Shown here piece by piece: positions 6,260-8,240 of a DNA stretch of 8,240 nucleotides. The position numbers and the translations under genes were made by a program. The stretch is from positions 1 through 8,240 of the forward strand of contig JAJRZD010000090.1 of assembly GCA_024275415.1 (NCBI GenBank), written 5' to 3'. The notes under the pieces are model-generated. The model worked only from the letters and a program-made list of their open reading frames with translations, did no database searches and was not told where the DNA came from. The stretch's first letter is position 1. Each line of letters opens with the position of its first letter. This stretch comes from an archaeon (GTDB taxonomy: Archaea > Asgardarchaeota > Thorarchaeia > Thorarchaeales > Thorarchaeaceae).

Positions 6260-7321
6260 ATGCAGAAGCGTGCTATGATCAACAAAGCGCTCCTTGTGAT
6301 GTTGCTATTCTTACTGGTGTCGTCGATGGCGACTGTCAACGCTCAAACTACGGGCGATGACGACGATGACAATGAAGGCGATGATACGACAACAACCGAG
6401 GACGATAGTGGAAACGACGATGAAGACGACGACCCGAACGAACGACAAGTAGAAGTCGAAGTGACAGCGACGAGTGCACTGATAAAGTCAAAGCTGGAAT
6501 CAGGTGCGAACGAACATGTCTTCAAAGTGGAAGTCCAAGTTGGATTGAATGGGCTCGAGTTCAAGGTTTCCTATGAAGAGGAAAATGCAACGACAGAAAC
6601 TGAACGCGAGTTCGAAGTTCGGTTCTCCAAGCTTGTCGAGTTCGCTGATTCCAATGGTGATGGCGTCTATGATAATGAAGTTGATTCTGCAATCCAGACG
6701 ATAGATCTTTCAAGTTTTGAACCAATTCAATATACGGTCAAGAATGGAACCAACGGTCAGTTACACATCTTTGATGTTTCAACGACTGATGGGGTGTTCC
6801 TCTCAAGGTTGTATGCGAGTGGACAGTTCACAGATGTTAACGGCTCGGTTGTCGCTCCAAATGAGGTCAAGATCGATGTGATAATTCGTGACTTCAATTT
6901 TACAGAGAGTGATTCTTATCTTGCGCTGAAAGTCAAGCTCGAATCCTCAACCGAAACCGAGTTCGAGCATGAAACCGAAGACGAGCAGGAAGGGAGAGCT
7001 GAGAACGAAGCAGGAGTCGAAGTGATGACAAGTGACTACCCAGGCTTCTTCTCGTGGAAAGAAACGGCAAAGATTGATGGTGTGACCTATCCGGTGAATG
7101 CTAGCATTGACGAAATCAGTGCGAATGAACAGGAGATTTACCTGAACTATCGTCAGGGAAGTGAAATCATCCATGACCCCAAGCTTGGCTTCGAAAATGT
7201 CCTGATAGACCCATCTGCACTGCCAATCTTGAACCTCCTAGGCGGTAACAATTTCCTCCTCATCGCAGTCGCGGCTGTTGTCATCGTAGGATTGGTGGTA
7301 GTGGTAAAGAGAAGGACATGA
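6260..7321 (+). CDS. Type I membrane (cell-surface) acidic glycoprotein, 353 aa: signal peptide, Asp/Thr-rich linker, beta-rich domain, C-terminal TM anchor
   Basis: MQKRAMINK + hydrophobic core + NA/QT-like cleavage region. Tract GDDDDDNEGDDTTTTEDDSGNDDEDDD. DxNxDG motif. Five N-x-S/T sequons. C-terminal TM followed by KRRT. Start moved from 6137 to 6260 on SD and TATA evidence. Confidence 0.88.
   Translation: MQKRAMINKALLVMLLFLLVSSMATVNAQTTGDDDDDNEGDDTTTTEDDSGNDDEDDDPNERQVEVEVTATSALIKSKLESGANEHVFKVEVQVGLNGLEFKVSYEEENATTETEREFEVRFSKLVEFADSNGDGVYDNEVDSAIQTIDLSSFEPIQYTVKNGTNGQLHIFDVSTTDGVFLSRLYASGQFTDVNGSVVAPNEVKIDVIIRDFNFTESDSYLALKVKLESSTETEFEHETEDEQEGRAENEAGVEVMTSDYPGFFSWKETAKIDGVTYPVNASIDEISANEQEIYLNYRQGSEIIHDPKLGFENVLIDPSALPILNLLGGNNFLLIAVAAVVIVGLVVVVKRRT
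6348..6443 (+). repeat. Low-complexity GAY/GAR/ACN-rich tract encoding the Asp/Thr-rich linker
   Basis: Runs of GAC/GAT codons (GACGATGACGACGATGAC..., GACGATGAAGACGACGAC). Confidence 0.7.
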
Positions 7322-7334
7322 GCAATCGGTTTCT

Positions 7335-7373
7335 AGTACTTGGGAGCCCTCGCTCCCAAGTGCTTCTTTTTTT
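7335..7373 (+). terminator. Strong hairpin + T7 intrinsic-type terminator between convergent genes
   Basis: ACTTGGGAGC-CCTC-GCTCCCAAGT (perfect 10-bp stem, extendable to 13 bp with one G.U pair) followed by TCTTTTTTT. Confidence 0.8.
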
Positions 7374-7380
7374 CAACGGA

Positions 7381-8240
7381 TTATCCAAGAAGGTTGTTGT
7401 ACAGTCGTTCAAGATTGTCTGCTTTTTCATAGAACCCGTACTTCCGCCATCCAGCAGCGCTGACCTGTAGAATCTTCTTTGCCTGCTCAAGATATTTTGG
7501 ATCCCTCAGACGAGCCCACCCTTTCGATAGAACTCCTATTAATGAGGAGCCTGTCACAGCCACCTCGTAGTCATACTTTTCAGGATCCTGTACAGCCACT
7601 CTGTTCAACGCATTTACAATCTTGATGACTTGTTGCAACTGTGCGTCATCCAGCATGTCAGCTGCAAATGAAGCATGATAAGTTGTGGACATTATGTCGT
7701 CCCTACAGACTATGCCATTGGATATGAACCATTCCTGCACCTCTAAGGACTTGAGTACGCACTTTGAGAAAATCGAATCCCTTGTCGAGCCGGATAACAG
7801 ACTGTAAGAAACTGAGGCAAGTGATGTGAGAATGTTGCCAGCATTTGTCGCATAGGCACTGAGAGATGACTCGCGATAGCGTTCAATCGCATCAAGGTCT
7901 ATTGATTTCATGGCGAGATAATGCAAGAGAACAGCCTCTTTCCGAAACAGACCTGTGCGGGTCAGTACTGTGCCTAGTGCATTGAGAATGACATGGATCG
8001 AGAAGCGAATCGCACTTTTTGCCCATTCGCGCTCGGAAACGCGGATGATGTCCTGAAGAAAGGTTCCAACTCGTGACAGGTGAGCCTTGCGTTCATTTCC
8101 GGTCGTAAGATAATAGTATTCAGCATGTGCCACACCCATGCTCTGAAAGACGCTATCGATGGTATGTGCAAAGAGGGGTAATTCGTCCAGTAGCAAGCGG
8201 CGGAAATATGTCCAATACAGGTCAATGACCTCTGCAAGAA
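7381..8240 (-). CDS. 3' portion of a helical-repeat (TPR-like) protein, 5' end outside the window
   Basis: The frame stays open beyond TTG 8196 to the window edge (...LAEVIDLYWTYFRRLLLDEL...). Amphipathic helices with TPR-like segments (AYATNAGNILTSLA, YLEQAKKILQVSAAGWRKYGFYEKADNLE). No catalytic motif recognised. Confidence 0.7.
   Translation of the reverse strand, partial: LAEVIDLYWTYFRRLLLDELPLFAHTIDSVFQSMGVAHAEYYYLTTGNERKAHLSRVGTFLQDIIRVSEREWAKSAIRFSIHVILNALGTVLTRTGLFRKEAVLLHYLAMKSIDLDAIERYRESSLSAYATNAGNILTSLASVSYSLLSGSTRDSIFSKCVLKSLEVQEWFISNGIVCRDDIMSTTYHASFAADMLDDAQLQQVIKIVNALNRVAVQDPEKYDYEVAVTGSSLIGVLSKGWARLRDPKYLEQAKKILQVSAAGWRKYGFYEKADNLERLYNNLLG

Noticed and set aside
2578-8237. 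Other shadow ORFs (2578-2925, 3817-4044, 4950-5258, 5385-5582, 5820-6020, 6145-6339, 6343-6564, 6947-7174, 7281-7490, 7974-8237)
   Set aside because: Antisense or alternate frames of stronger genes. The Ser-rich one simply mirrors the Asp codon tract.
3240-8240. tRNA-targeted integrative element (attL/attR)
   Set aside because: No duplicate of the tRNA 3' end and no integrase in the window. It cannot be excluded beyond the edge.

Overview
Archaeal chromosomal window with no integrase, transposase or CRISPR array. Evidence for archaea: archaeal-type pyrH, TATA-box promoters and a tRNA with bulge-helix-bulge (BHB) introns. An Asgard, possibly Thorarchaeota-like, host is only my inference from gene style. 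Gene order: aldo/keto reductase (+), UMP kinase pyrH (+), small winged-helix protein (+), alpha/beta hydrolase (-), tRNA-Leu(CAA) interrupted by two introns (canonical 37/38 and non-canonical T-loop 58/59), a small 2-TM protein, a membrane-bound metal-dependent hydrolase-like protein, a PadR + HAAS-type membrane sensor operon with a palindromic operator and two chained upstream mini-ORFs, an Asp-rich type I membrane glycoprotein, and the 3' part of a helical-repeat protein (-) that runs off the window. Most notable: (1) the double-intron tRNA; (2) a 27-bp piece of pyrH coding sequence (26/27 identical) repeated just downstream of the tRNA; (3) the surface protein, whose motif order resembles, from memory and unverified, eukaryotic lysosomal GLMP/NCU-G1 and coral acid-rich SAARP proteins.
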